The notes: generated by a model from the sequence alone, not told the origin. Positions 1 to 8,350 are shown, counted from the first letter of the stretch. The stretch: 64,000 nt of DNA from a candidate division WWE3 bacterium RAAC2_WWE3_1 (GCA_000503835.1 CP006914.1:303341-367340); one strand, 5' to 3'. Numbers and translations: made by a program.

Positions 1-109
1 AGAATCGGGCACACATTAATTTAACCAAATAATGTCGCAATTTCAAAGAGATTTGATAGAATAATGGACGGAAGGTTCTGCTACGCATTTTCCTTCTTCG
101 TGGATTTTA

Positions 110-173
110 GGGCTTGTAGCTCAGTTGCCTTTTGCGGAGCAAAACTTCGCCGCAGGCGAATTCAGAGCGTTCG
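110..173 (+). pseudogene. Degenerate 5' fragment of tRNA-Val interrupted by a ~35-nt hairpin-forming insert
   Basis: Positions 110-127 (GGGCTTGTAGCTCAGTTG) are identical to the 5' end of the intact tRNA-Val at 218. A 35-nt insert at 128-162 can form two small hairpins (TTTTGC/GCAAAA and TTCGCC/GGCGAA). Positions 163-173 (CAGAGCGTTCG) match the D-arm/anticodon-stem 5' side again. The sequence after that is not tRNA-like. Confidence 0.55.
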
Positions 174-217
174 CGATAGAGTTTCGTACGTAAGTGTTTA
201 GACCTGATAGACGTTTA

Positions 218-294
218 GGGCTTGTAGCTCAGTTGGTCAGAGCGTTCGGTTTACATCCGAAAGGTCCCTGGTTCGAGCCCAGGCAGGCCCACCA
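218..294 (+). tRNA. tRNA-Val (anticodon TAC), CCA encoded
   Basis: Cloverleaf by eye: acceptor GGGCTTG/CAGGCCC (one G-U pair), D-arm AGCTCAGTTGGTCAGAGC, anticodon stem TTCGG/CCGAA with loop TTTACAT (anticodon TAC), T-arm CCTGG-TTCGAGC-CCAGG, discriminator A, then CCA. Confidence 0.85.
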
Positions 295-315
295 TTTAAG
301 GATGCTGCGAAGCAG

Positions 316-357
316 ACATCCGAAAGGTCCGTGGTTCGAGCCCAGGCAGGTCCACCA
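316..357 (+). repeat. Partial 3' copy of tRNA-Val (anticodon loop through CCA, 42 nt, 3 substitutions), 21 nt downstream of the intact gene
   Basis: ACATCCGAAAGGTCCGTGGTTCGAGCCCAGGCAGGTCCACCA compared with tRNA positions 254-294. The arrangement looks like an att-type repeat left by integration or excision at a tRNA. Confidence 0.7.
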
Positions 358-420
358 ATTTCTAAAATCAGAGTTTTCTGCAATCACAGAGGGTTCCAAT
401 CTGGTAAAATAATATTTGTT

Positions 421-1242
421 ATGGCTGATACACTTACATTAAAACCGATGAGATTACTCAGGGAAAATATATCAAAGATTGAAGTAGCTAAATACTATCT
501 TGAAATTGAATTTTCCAAGCTTTTTGAGAATGTGGGTGTTAATTTGATTAATGAAACTATTGATAACCTTACAGAAAGTAAAATCTGGGCGTTGCTTGAA
601 GCAATGTCTTTTACATATCGTCTAAATGGCGTTTTCTTTAAACTTGCTAGAGAAGGATATACATGGAATGAAGAAATTTGGAATGTTGGGGATGTATTAC
701 TTACAGGGATGGATTCAAATGTTAACAAAGTTATTTTTTCGGAAGAAGTGAAAGGGGACGCACTAAAATTCAAGAATTATCTTTTGACTTACTTTGATAC
801 TAATAAAGAAAGCGACCCTCAAAAGCTATTTTCATATAAACCCACAAATAGAGAATTGAAATACACAAAACTTATTGCTACTAGAAAAGATAACAAGATT
901 GCAATGTTGGATGGGTCTCATAGGCTAACTGAAATGTTACTTAGCGATACAAAAGAGGTACATATTTTTGTAGGTCATCCGGTTGAAGGAATTCCTGAAG
1001 AAAGCAAGAAAACTTTAATTGGTAATAGCACTTTAATATTACTTACAATTTTATATAAACAGGGAAATGAAGAAGAAAAGAAGGCAGTTTTGACTGTTGT
1101 TAAGGAAATAATTGCTAAAACCTTAGATGGAAAAGATGCAACCCAAAAATATTGGGTTGATAACATTTACAATGATGAATTCAAGAAAGTTGGTGAAAAT
1201 CTCCTAAAGGAGTGTAGTAACTCTTATTTTAAATGCAACTAA
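421..1242 (+). CDS. Hypothetical protein with ParB/Srx-like 'LDGSHRL' (DGxHR) motif
   Basis: The ORF track shows 331-1242, but an ATG at 421 (MADTLTLKPM...) lies after the tRNA fragment and a TAAAAT box sits 9 nt upstream. The internal motif KIAMLDGSHRLTEM resembles the catalytic (I/L)xDGxHR motif of ParB-like nuclease / DndB / DUF262 domains. No other recognisable domain. Confidence 0.5.
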   Translation: MADTLTLKPMRLLRENISKIEVAKYYLEIEFSKLFENVGVNLINETIDNLTESKIWALLEAMSFTYRLNGVFFKLAREGYTWNEEIWNVGDVLLTGMDSNVNKVIFSEEVKGDALKFKNYLLTYFDTNKESDPQKLFSYKPTNRELKYTKLIATRKDNKIAMLDGSHRLTEMLLSDTKEVHIFVGHPVEGIPEESKKTLIGNSTLILLTILYKQGNEEEKKAVLTVVKEIIAKTLDGKDATQKYWVDNIYNDEFKKVGENLLKECSNSYFKCN

Positions 1243-1343
1243 GAATAAATTCTGCCGGGCGCCGCAATTAAACCGTAATTATATCCGTTTTACACCTGCC
1301 GATTTTTCTACTAAAATAGCCCAAAGCAGAAAAGGAGTAGAGA

Positions 1344-1580
1344 ATGACCGAAGTCAGAAACGAGTTGTCCGCAAAAGTGTTTGCAAAGAAGTATGCTGTT
1401 TCGGAGTTCTCAGTGCCTGAGTCAGCGATTGCGGTGACAGGTATAATGCTGGTAGCCGGCGCTAAACTGGCGAAAAACTCTTACAGCGTAATGCTTAATG
1501 TCACCCACAAAAACGGTACAATAAAGTCGCACCAACTGGCAGTAGATATTAAACTCGGGAGTGTTACTCTCATCTACTAG
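1344..1580 (+). CDS. Small hypothetical protein (78 aa)
   Basis: Good SD (AAAAGGAGtagagaATG). No recognisable motif. Confidence 0.45.
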   Translation: MTEVRNELSAKVFAKKYAVSEFSVPESAIAVTGIMLVAGAKLAKNSYSVMLNVTHKNGTIKSHQLAVDIKLGSVTLIY

Positions 1581-1665
1581 CCCATCCACGGTAACTGTAA
1601 CTTGACTTTTCAACATCCTATATATACTATAGGGCAAGACCAACAGAGACACGGGAGGAGGAGAC

Positions 1666-1896
1666 ATGAGATACAAATTTCATTGGGAAACCTGGGCGTC
1701 ATTTTTAATGGCTGCAGCCCTATACCCGCTGATATACATCCTGATAGCAGGGCGCGAACACGTTTTCGCAGTCGGGTTGTTCGGCTCTTTTCTTCTTATA
1801 TCCGGAGTTATATGGGCAATCAAGAAATATCCGTATCCCGCGATGTTTTGCTTTACGGGAGTACTTTTAGCAGCAGCCCTTTTGGTTTTTCCCTAA
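1666..1896 (+). CDS. Small membrane protein (76 aa, 2 predicted TM helices)
   Basis: Strong SD GGGAGGAGGAGacATG. Two hydrophobic helices. Confidence 0.5.
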   Translation: MRYKFHWETWASFLMAAALYPLIYILIAGREHVFAVGLFGSFLLISGVIWAIKKYPYPAMFCFTGVLLAAALLVFP

Positions 1897-1978
1897 CGCG
1901 TGTTGACCTGCGCCATCCCCCGATAAACTTTACTTTATGTGAAGCCAAGCGGGGGATTATGCTTCTTTTCCGCTCATT

Positions 1979-2710
1979 TTACAAATTCGGGTTAAAAGCC
2001 TCGGTGTAAATTGCGAAATCTTTTAAGCCCGCTTTATTTATGATATCAGAACAGTCGCGGATCATAGCGGTATTTCCGCACAAGTAAAAATCAGTACTAT
2101 CCGCAACAAAATCGGGCAGGCAAAATGTAACTCTGTTTGCAAAAAAGGGCGGTTTGAGTCCGTCGGTTACTCCCGACAGACATATAAAGTACTTAAATTT
2201 GGGCGACATTTCCAGGAACTTCTTGAATTTTTCTTCGAAAAAGACGTCTTCCATATCGCGTACGCCGAAAATGAGTACAACGGACTCTACAAAAGGATCT
2301 TCTAAAGCCGTGCCGAGCATAGGAATAAAAGGTGCAATGCCCGTAGAAGTAGCCACAAAGACCAGGTTTTTCCTGCCCTGTTTACGGTAAAAATACCGCC
2401 CGGAAGGGCCTATAAAGCCCGCAGACGCGCCTATTTTCAGGGAGTTGATAAAGTTAGCCCCAAGACCGGGTCGTCCCGTAATAGCCGCCAGTTCCACAAA
2501 AGGTTCGCCAACCGCGTCATTACAGATAGAGTAAGAACGGTAGGTGCCGTCAGCTACCTCAAGGTTAATAAATTGCCCGGGAATAAAAGAAAACTCCTTA
2601 ACGCCGTCAACCTTGAGCTTTAACCAGGTAACCAAAGGAGAAAGTACCTTTTTATCCACCGCAGTAGCGGTGTGCCTTGCGGGTAATACCATACCGGTAT
2701 ATGGTAACAT
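1979..2710 (-). CDS. FNR-like oxidoreductase (FAD-binding RxYS plus NAD(P)-binding module)
   Basis: Motifs RSYSICN (FAD), VFVATSTGIAPF (NAD(P) GxGxxP) and C-terminal FYLCGNTAMIRD, all typical of the ferredoxin-NADP reductase / PDR family. Paralogue of the C-terminal domain of the ACD fusion at 12650-13349. The true start may be the internal Met at 2692. Confidence 0.7.
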   Translation of the reverse strand: MLPYTGMVLPARHTATAVDKKVLSPLVTWLKLKVDGVKEFSFIPGQFINLEVADGTYRSYSICNDAVGEPFVELAAITGRPGLGANFINSLKIGASAGFIGPSGRYFYRKQGRKNLVFVATSTGIAPFIPMLGTALEDPFVESVVLIFGVRDMEDVFFEEKFKKFLEMSPKFKYFICLSGVTDGLKPPFFANRVTFCLPDFVADSTDFYLCGNTAMIRDCSDIINKAGLKDFAIYTEAFNPNL

Positions 2711-2716
2711 AGGTTC

Positions 2717-3166
2717 ATGACCTTCTCAGCAAAAAGAAAAATAGTCCTTATATTGTCGCTCATTTTCGCACTTGCCGCGGGTTTTATTCTTATGGTAAAA
2801 GTGTCTTCACCAAAGTTTAATTACGAAATTAAAACGTCCGTTATAGATAACGCCGAACAAATTCCCTTAAAAATCACGCCCCAAAAAGATTCCATTACAT
2901 TTGAAACAAAGTTTTACGACCTAAAGGGTAATTTTGAAACTGCGCAAATGAAGAGAAAATTAAAATTTCAACCGTCCTTTCCATTTTTAATTGTTGATCC
3001 TAACATCACAGTGGTTTTAAGAGACGCTGAGTTTACCGAAGAGGAAACTTATGTTTATTACGAAATTTTCGGAGCGATAAGCAATTTAAATCCTGGTGAG
3101 TACAAGTTAACAATGGTCGACGGGTTCGGAAATTTAATTGACGAAACTTTTGTTGAAATAAAATGA
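2717..3166 (+). CDS. Membrane-anchored hypothetical protein (149 aa)
   Basis: N-terminal signal-anchor (KRKIVLILSLIFALAAGFILMV). Overlaps the next gene by 4 nt (ATGA), suggesting an operon. Confidence 0.5.
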   Translation: MTFSAKRKIVLILSLIFALAAGFILMVKVSSPKFNYEIKTSVIDNAEQIPLKITPQKDSITFETKFYDLKGNFETAQMKRKLKFQPSFPFLIVDPNITVVLRDAEFTEEETYVYYEIFGAISNLNPGEYKLTMVDGFGNLIDETFVEIK

Positions 3167-3981
3167 GCGAACACGGTAAAAAGGTCGGTTTGGCTTTGGG
3201 CAGCGGAGGCTGGCGGGGTTTAGCCCACATCGGGGTCATTAAAGTCCTCGAAAAGAACGGAATTTCCATTGATTACATAACAGGTTCAAGTGTCGGAGCA
3301 TTGGTCGGCGGTTTGTATGCTTATTACGGAAATATCGTAGAACTTGAGAATATTGTTCAAAGTATCGGGTACCTCGACATGTTTCACGCCTTGTCGGATC
3401 CTAAGGCAGAGCTGGGACTTATAAAAGGAAACAAGTTCGTGGCTTTTCTGGAAGGTTATTTAAAGGGAGCAAAAATCGAAGACCTGAAAATACCTTTTAA
3501 AGCCGCGACAACAGATATTTTGACCGGAGAAACCGTATATCTTGATAAGGGCAATTTAGCTACGGCAATAAGAGCCAGCATTTCCGTACCGTTGGTTTTG
3601 GCACCGGTTGATATCGACGGAAAAAAGCTGGTGGACGGAGGAAACTCAACACCCGTACCTACGGAAGAAGTCAGAAGAATGGGAGCGGACGTTGTGATCG
3701 GAGTTAACCTGTACGGAAACATTTTTCCTCTGACTGCAGCTGTGGAAGGTGAGAAGAAATTGGGCGCACGCGAAGTATTTAGTCTCTCTTATCAAATACT
3801 GTTAAACCAAATGGCTAAAGGGAATTTGAAACACGCGGACATTGCTTTGAACCCCAAGATACCCGAGAGGAGCTTTAACCTCTTTAAGTTTGTAAAAGAA
3901 AAAGGCACGGTTTTGGTTGGGGAGGAAGCGATGGATGGGGAGATGGGGGTTTTGAGGGGGTTGTTGGACTCTCAAAGGTGA
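3163..3981 (+). CDS. Patatin-like phospholipase
   Basis: Oxyanion/Gly-rich GLALGSGGWRG, nucleophile elbow GSSVG (GxSxG), and the family's Asp-containing DGG motif (LVDGGNST). Confidence 0.8.
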   Translation: MSEHGKKVGLALGSGGWRGLAHIGVIKVLEKNGISIDYITGSSVGALVGGLYAYYGNIVELENIVQSIGYLDMFHALSDPKAELGLIKGNKFVAFLEGYLKGAKIEDLKIPFKAATTDILTGETVYLDKGNLATAIRASISVPLVLAPVDIDGKKLVDGGNSTPVPTEEVRRMGADVVIGVNLYGNIFPLTAAVEGEKKLGAREVFSLSYQILLNQMAKGNLKHADIALNPKIPERSFNLFKFVKEKGTVLVGEEAMDGEMGVLRGLLDSQR

Positions 3982-4032
3982 GCCGAAAAGGTAGGATAAG
4001 AAGCTTTAGGTGCTGGTTTGAGTACCGTCAAG

Positions 4033-4041
4033 TGCTATAAT
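4033..4041 (+). promoter_or_regulatory. Extended -10 promoter element (TGCTATAAT) upstream of tRNA-Gln
   Basis: Perfect TGnTATAAT 24 nt upstream of the tRNA 5' end. Conserved in the duplicated copy at 8321-8329. Confidence 0.5.
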
Positions 4042-4064
4042 TTCTTGTGTTTGAGCGCGACTAA

Positions 4065-4138
4065 TGGGGGATCGTCTAACGGTAGGACTGCGGGTTTTGG
4101 TCCCGCCTATTGGGGTTCGAATCCCTATCCCCCAGCCA
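4065..4138 (+). tRNA. tRNA-Gln (anticodon TTG), U1:A72, discriminator G, CCA encoded
   Basis: Acceptor TGGGGGA/TCCCCCA, anticodon stem GCGGG/CCCGC with loop TTTTGGT (anticodon TTG), T-arm TGGGG-TTCGAAT-CCCTA. Closely resembles bacterial tRNA-Gln. Confidence 0.8.
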
Positions 4139-4194
4139 GCGTTTTTGTTGTCATAGCGCCACTTACACAAGCAAATTATTTCGCAATTAAGATA

Positions 4195-5109
4195 ATGTAT
4201 AATTTTCGTATGGCTGATATAGGACAAACTAATGTCACGCTTGTTCAAACTGAAACTGCAGACAAACTTGTTCTAAACGGTATTTTGTCTATACCTAATA
4301 AGAATTCTAAGAACATAGTTCTTCATATACACGGCACTTCCGGAAGTTTTTATTGGAACAGTTTCTACAGCTATTTATCTAAAATGAGCGTTGACCTAGG
4401 ATTAACCTTTCTCGCAACAAACAATAGGGGATCCGGAGTTTATGAAGTAGAAAAAGGAACTGTTTATCATGGAGCTAGTTTGGAGAAATTTGAAGATTGC
4501 CTGTTAGACATAGACGCCTGGATTGAATTCTGCCTAAGCAAAGGGTACACAAATATTATTCTTGAGGGTCACAGTTTTGGTACTGAGAAAAGTGTTTATT
4601 ACCTCGTAAAAGGTAAGTACAAGGATAAGATTAAGGCAGTTATTCTTCTGGGATTTTCTGACACAGTTGGTACGCAACGAAGTTACGAAAAGAAAATTGG
4701 TAAAAATTATTTTGAGGAAGCTAATAAACTGGTAGGAGAAAACAGGGGTGAGTATTTACTCGCAGATTTAGGAGCATTGTGTGGGGAACTTCCCATAAGT
4801 GCACAAACTTATCTTAACTATTTTTCTGAAAACTCCGCGTGCTCTATGGCACTTCCATTAAGAAATGGGCGCGATTTAAAGTATTTTCAAAAGATAACAG
4901 TTCCAATTTTGGGGGTGATTGGTGATAAAGATGATGGGGAATACACAATAATCCCCATTAACGATGCTATCAAACTTCTTAATTCAGAAAATATACATGC
5001 GGAAGCGTATAAAATAAAGGACTGCAATCACGGTTTCGACGGTAAAGAGGTCGAATTAGCTAAAATTGTTGAAACATTCCTTACTCAAAAGATCTTAACA
5101 CTTGAATAA
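4195..5109 (+). CDS. Alpha/beta-hydrolase fold protein (GHSFG nucleophile elbow)
   Basis: The ORF-track start at 4018 runs through the tRNA. A realistic start is ATG 4195 or 4210 (MADIGQ...), with a GATAAT box immediately upstream suggesting a leaderless transcript. Motifs HGTSGSF and GHSFGT. Confidence 0.6.
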   Translation: MYNFRMADIGQTNVTLVQTETADKLVLNGILSIPNKNSKNIVLHIHGTSGSFYWNSFYSYLSKMSVDLGLTFLATNNRGSGVYEVEKGTVYHGASLEKFEDCLLDIDAWIEFCLSKGYTNIILEGHSFGTEKSVYYLVKGKYKDKIKAVILLGFSDTVGTQRSYEKKIGKNYFEEANKLVGENRGEYLLADLGALCGELPISAQTYLNYFSENSACSMALPLRNGRDLKYFQKITVPILGVIGDKDDGEYTIIPINDAIKLLNSENIHAEAYKIKDCNHGFDGKEVELAKIVETFLTQKILTLE

Positions 5110-5418
5110 AGAACATCTAACTAATTCCCATGCCCCCAGCCAATGATACGATATTCGAATCAGATCCTTTGTCATGTTATCATTTTATTAATAAGTCGAT
5201 TTTTGGAAGTGTTCGAGAAATTCCTTGAGTTTTGCCGCGGGTTGTCTGAGGAAAACCCCGCCTTTGTCCGTCATAACAACATCATTCCGGAGAATAATTT
5301 CGTCTATATCCAGATAGATCTTCACACCGTCATTATATACATGCAAAAAATTACAGGCTACTCAACAAACCCCACCACCCCTTCTGTACGATCTTACCAA
5401 TATTACCTTATTACAAAG

Positions 5419-5446
5419 TTGCGGGGTGCCAAATATCTGCTAGTAT
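5419..5446 (+). promoter_or_regulatory. Putative sigma70-like promoter (TTGCGG, 16 nt spacer, TAGTAT) upstream of the precursor-peptide ORF
   Basis: Hexamers with canonical spacing about 50 nt upstream of the ATG at 5498. Weak, by-eye call. Confidence 0.25.
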
Positions 5447-5497
5447 ATCGTCATAACCCTTACAGGGTACCCCCAATACATAGAAAGGAGACAGGTA

Positions 5498-5638
5498 ATG
5501 AAATCCAAGCGCAAGCCCGTAAAAGTAGTACCTTTTGGCGCCAAGTATTTGAAAAAAGTTGCGATGGCAAACAAACGCAGCTCTTCAAATACAAACACCG
5601 GAACCGGCACCTCTCAACCCGACGCCGACCACGATTAA
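5498..5638 (+). CDS. Candidate graspetide (microviridin-like RiPP) precursor peptide, 46 aa
   Basis: Not in the ORF track (too short). SD AAAGGAGA sits 7 nt before the ATG. Translation is MKSKRKPVKVVPFGAKYLKKVAMANKRSSSNTNTGTGTSQPDADHD. The leader carries PFGAKYL, matching the PFFARFL leader helix of microviridin precursors. The C-terminal core is rich in Thr/Ser and Asp (candidate omega-ester donors and acceptors). It lies 100 nt upstream of an ATP-grasp ligase. Confidence 0.6.
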   Translation: MKSKRKPVKVVPFGAKYLKKVAMANKRSSSNTNTGTGTSQPDADHD

Positions 5639-5739
5639 GTTTTAAGGTCTCGTCGTTTTATAGTCAGGTTGAGTATGACTAAGGTGATGGCTACTTAAAC
5701 AGAGCAGTCATCACCTTTTTACCTAAGGAGGCAGTTTCA

Positions 5740-6690
5740 ATGAAGGTTTTGGTAATTACTACGAAACCGGACGCTCATGTGAAAATGGTAGCAAGACACT
5801 TGCCAGAATGGGAATTCCTAATTTTTGATCCGTTTAAATTCCCGTACAGACAGGGTATTACCTACCTATTTGAGAACGGAAAGATGGAGATCACACTAGA
5901 CAAGAAGAACTTGTCAGACGCAGATGTAGTGTGGTTTAGAAAACCCAATTACATCAAGTCTACAAAATTTCCTGTCTGTGAGAATCTCCAGGAATTTGCT
6001 TGGAACAGCTACAAAAGGTCTATAACTTGGCTATATGACCTTCTGCCGAACAGCTTCTGGGTTTCCAGACCTAGCAATATTATCAAAGGTGGAAACAAGT
6101 TGTACCAGATGCAGTTAGCTACAAATCTCGGGTTCAACGTTCCGGACACTTTGGTAACAAACAGCACGGCTGAGGCTGAAAGATTTAGGTCCCGTCTCAG
6201 AGATATTGTTACCAAATCCTTGCACAACGAGTTTGTGGATGACGGTGGGGAACTTTACGCCGTGTACACAACTCGGTTACCTGCTGAGGAGAAGATTGAT
6301 TTTTCAGGACTAGCTATCTCACCTGCAATCTTCCAGCAGATGATAGTCGGGGCTGATATCAGAGTTACCGTTATCGGAAGCAAGATATTTGCCACAGAAA
6401 TAAGCAAAAAGGGCAGTTTGCAAGGTGAAATAGATTGGAGACTCGGGGTCGCCGATAGCAGGAAACTTAAGTATTTTCCGACAACCTTGCCGGAGAATCT
6501 TAATGAGTTGTGTCTTGCTCTAGTGAGACAAATGGGTCTCGAATACGGTGCAATAGACCTGATGAGAGATTACAAAGGTAAATATTGGTTTTTGGAAATC
6601 AATCCAAATGGTCAGTGGGGTTTTGTTGAATTACAAACAGGACAACAACTGTCTTTGGCCATAGCTGATTTATTCAGAAACCAAGTATAA
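5740..6690 (+). CDS. ATP-grasp ligase, microviridin MdnC/MvdD-like (graspetide maturase)
   Basis: Strong SD TAAGGAGG. N-terminal pre-ATP-grasp region (VLVITTKPDAHV...DADVVWFRKP) laid out as in MdnC. C-terminal ATP-grasp motifs (AIDLMRDYKGKYWFLEINPNGQW). Confidence 0.65.
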   Translation: MKVLVITTKPDAHVKMVARHLPEWEFLIFDPFKFPYRQGITYLFENGKMEITLDKKNLSDADVVWFRKPNYIKSTKFPVCENLQEFAWNSYKRSITWLYDLLPNSFWVSRPSNIIKGGNKLYQMQLATNLGFNVPDTLVTNSTAEAERFRSRLRDIVTKSLHNEFVDDGGELYAVYTTRLPAEEKIDFSGLAISPAIFQQMIVGADIRVTVIGSKIFATEISKKGSLQGEIDWRLGVADSRKLKYFPTTLPENLNELCLALVRQMGLEYGAIDLMRDYKGKYWFLEINPNGQWGFVELQTGQQLSLAIADLFRNQV

Positions 6691-6696
6691 AATAAA

Positions 6697-6726
6697 AGAG
6701 GTGACCCCCACCACCTCTTTTTAATT
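6697..6726 (+). terminator. Rho-independent terminator after the ATP-grasp gene
   Basis: AAAGAGGTG-ACCCCCAC-CACCTCTTT hairpin followed by TTTAATTT. Confidence 0.5.
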
Positions 6727-6730
6727 TATT

Positions 6731-7234
6731 ATGAAATATTCAAAAATAGCTAAACAAATAAACGAGTTTGCTAAAAACGATCAGTTACTGAGGAATAGGA
6801 TATTTTCTAAACCTAGTATTAGCGAAGAAGATAAAAAAGCACTTGAGGATTTTGACAAAAATTCATCAGATTTTATAAAAAGTATAGTAAGTGAAATCTG
6901 TCTTCCGACAATAACGAAAGTCGGCAAAAAGGCGTCCTATAACTCATGGCTTCTAGTTCAACACTCTCGAGATTTAAAGTTTCAAAAATCATACTTAGGA
7001 TTATTAAAACAAAATGAAAAAGATATTAATCCTGCAAATATCGCGTACCTGGAAGACCGGGTTCTAATGTACGGGGGTAAACCTCAAATTTATGGGACAC
7101 AGTTTGTTCTGAACAAAAAGACCGGAAAGATGGTGCCGTACACTATTTGGGATGCTGCTAACGTCAATGAAAGACGTTCTAAATATAATCTAGGAAAGCT
7201 GGAGGAGCACATAAAAACTTTTTATTCTAATTAA
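6731..7234 (+). CDS. Hypothetical protein (167 aa), island cargo
   Basis: No recognisable motifs. Lies between the ATP-grasp and methyltransferase genes. Confidence 0.45.
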   Translation: MKYSKIAKQINEFAKNDQLLRNRIFSKPSISEEDKKALEDFDKNSSDFIKSIVSEICLPTITKVGKKASYNSWLLVQHSRDLKFQKSYLGLLKQNEKDINPANIAYLEDRVLMYGGKPQIYGTQFVLNKKTGKMVPYTIWDAANVNERRSKYNLGKLEEHIKTFYSN

Positions 7235-7348
7235 CTCATTACCGTCTCAGTCACATTTCAGGGAACAAAATGGTTCTACACTCGTGTGCGCACATTACCC
7301 AAAAACTAATCTACCCAACAATACAACTACCAGTGTATTATTAAACTT

Positions 7349-8110
7349 ATGCATTCAAAAAACGTTGAGGACGCTGTAACCACAATTAGGTACGAGGAAA
7401 AAGGTTTGCCGCCGGAAGGAGAACCCTCCGTCCCCTGGATTTTAAAAGAACTAGATCCCGGCGCGATAGCAAGCAGGACACTGGTTAAATCCTTTAATTT
7501 AGCCAACGAAGATTTGATACACAATGTTCAAAGACACGAAGCGGAAAGAGGAAGATTATTTTCAGATATTTACGAGCAGATGTTAACGAAACACGGACTT
7601 TCACTCAAAGATTCAAAAGTTTTAGAAGTAGGGGCAGGCCCCGGAGCTGTGTGTTTAGGTTTTCAGGAAGTAGGCGCTAAAGTCGTTAGTTTAGACATTT
7701 GGGACGGTAGGGTTTTTTACAATGACGAGGTTCCTTTTGTAATCGGAGACGGTACCGCTTTACCATTTACCGACAATAGTTTTAATTACCTCTCTTTGAC
7801 TTCGGTGTTACACCACCTACCAATAGAGTATAGAAAAACAATGCTGGAAGAAGCACTAAGGGTTGCGGACACAGTACTTATTCAGGAAGATTGTCTCACA
7901 AGCCCTATTACCAATATTGCTATGAAATTAGTAGACGACGGGGTAAGCGGAGAAGTAGGTACGCATCAAGCTGAATCTCACATGACAAAGGAAGGCTGGC
8001 TTAAATATTTCGAAGATGCAGACTTAAAAGTGTTAGAGACCGTAGACTATCATCCCAAATGGTTGGGTGTGGGTATTGAAAAGGCATTTTTCGTAATATC
8101 CCGCTCTTGA
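7349..8110 (+). CDS. Class I SAM-dependent methyltransferase (Methyltransf_11-like)
   Basis: Motif I VLEVGAGPGAV, acidic-residue beta2 end (VVSLDIWD), motif II/III around VADTVLIQE. Confidence 0.65.
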   Translation: MHSKNVEDAVTTIRYEEKGLPPEGEPSVPWILKELDPGAIASRTLVKSFNLANEDLIHNVQRHEAERGRLFSDIYEQMLTKHGLSLKDSKVLEVGAGPGAVCLGFQEVGAKVVSLDIWDGRVFYNDEVPFVIGDGTALPFTDNSFNYLSLTSVLHHLPIEYRKTMLEEALRVADTVLIQEDCLTSPITNIAMKLVDDGVSGEVGTHQAESHMTKEGWLKYFEDADLKVLETVDYHPKWLGVGIEKAFFVISRS

Positions 8111-8267
8111 ATTCTCCGCAATGTTGCGCTTAATCCGAAAATACCGGAACGTAGCTTTAACCTCTTTAAGAATTTTGTAAAAGAAAAAGCACGATGTTGG
8201 TAGGGGAGGATGCGATGGAGGGGAAGGTGGGGGTTTTGAGGGGGTTGCTTACACCTGAAGGTTGAGT

Positions 8268-8282
8268 GGGGGGGGGGGGGGG
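8268..8282. repeat. Homopolymeric G15 tract
   Basis: 15 consecutive G inside the right-hand repeat copy. The left copy has GGTGAGCCGAAAAGG at the equivalent position. Confidence 0.9.
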
Positions 8283-8350
8283 AGTAGAGAGCGTTTAGTG
8301 CTGATTTGAGCTGCTTCAGGTGCTATAATTTCTTGTGTTTATCCGACTAG

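Noticed and set aside
194-412. 72-aa ORF spanning the tRNA-Val gene and its 3' partial copy
   Set aside because: The reading frame is a by-product of the tRNA sequence (repeated GPWFEPRQ translation of the duplicated T-arm). It is not a gene.
4018-4194. N-terminal extension of the hydrolase ORF (and likewise 8398-8493 for the next ORF)
   Set aside because: The extensions run straight through the tRNA-Gln and the pseudo-tRNA-Gln. The first ATGs after the tRNAs (4195/4210 and 8494) are the plausible starts.
5143-5682. 179-aa ORF in the hydrolase/ATP-grasp intergenic region
   Set aside because: No SD or promoter context. Odd composition (MIRYSNQILCHVIILL...). It overlaps in another frame the far better supported 46-aa precursor ORF, so it is likely spurious.
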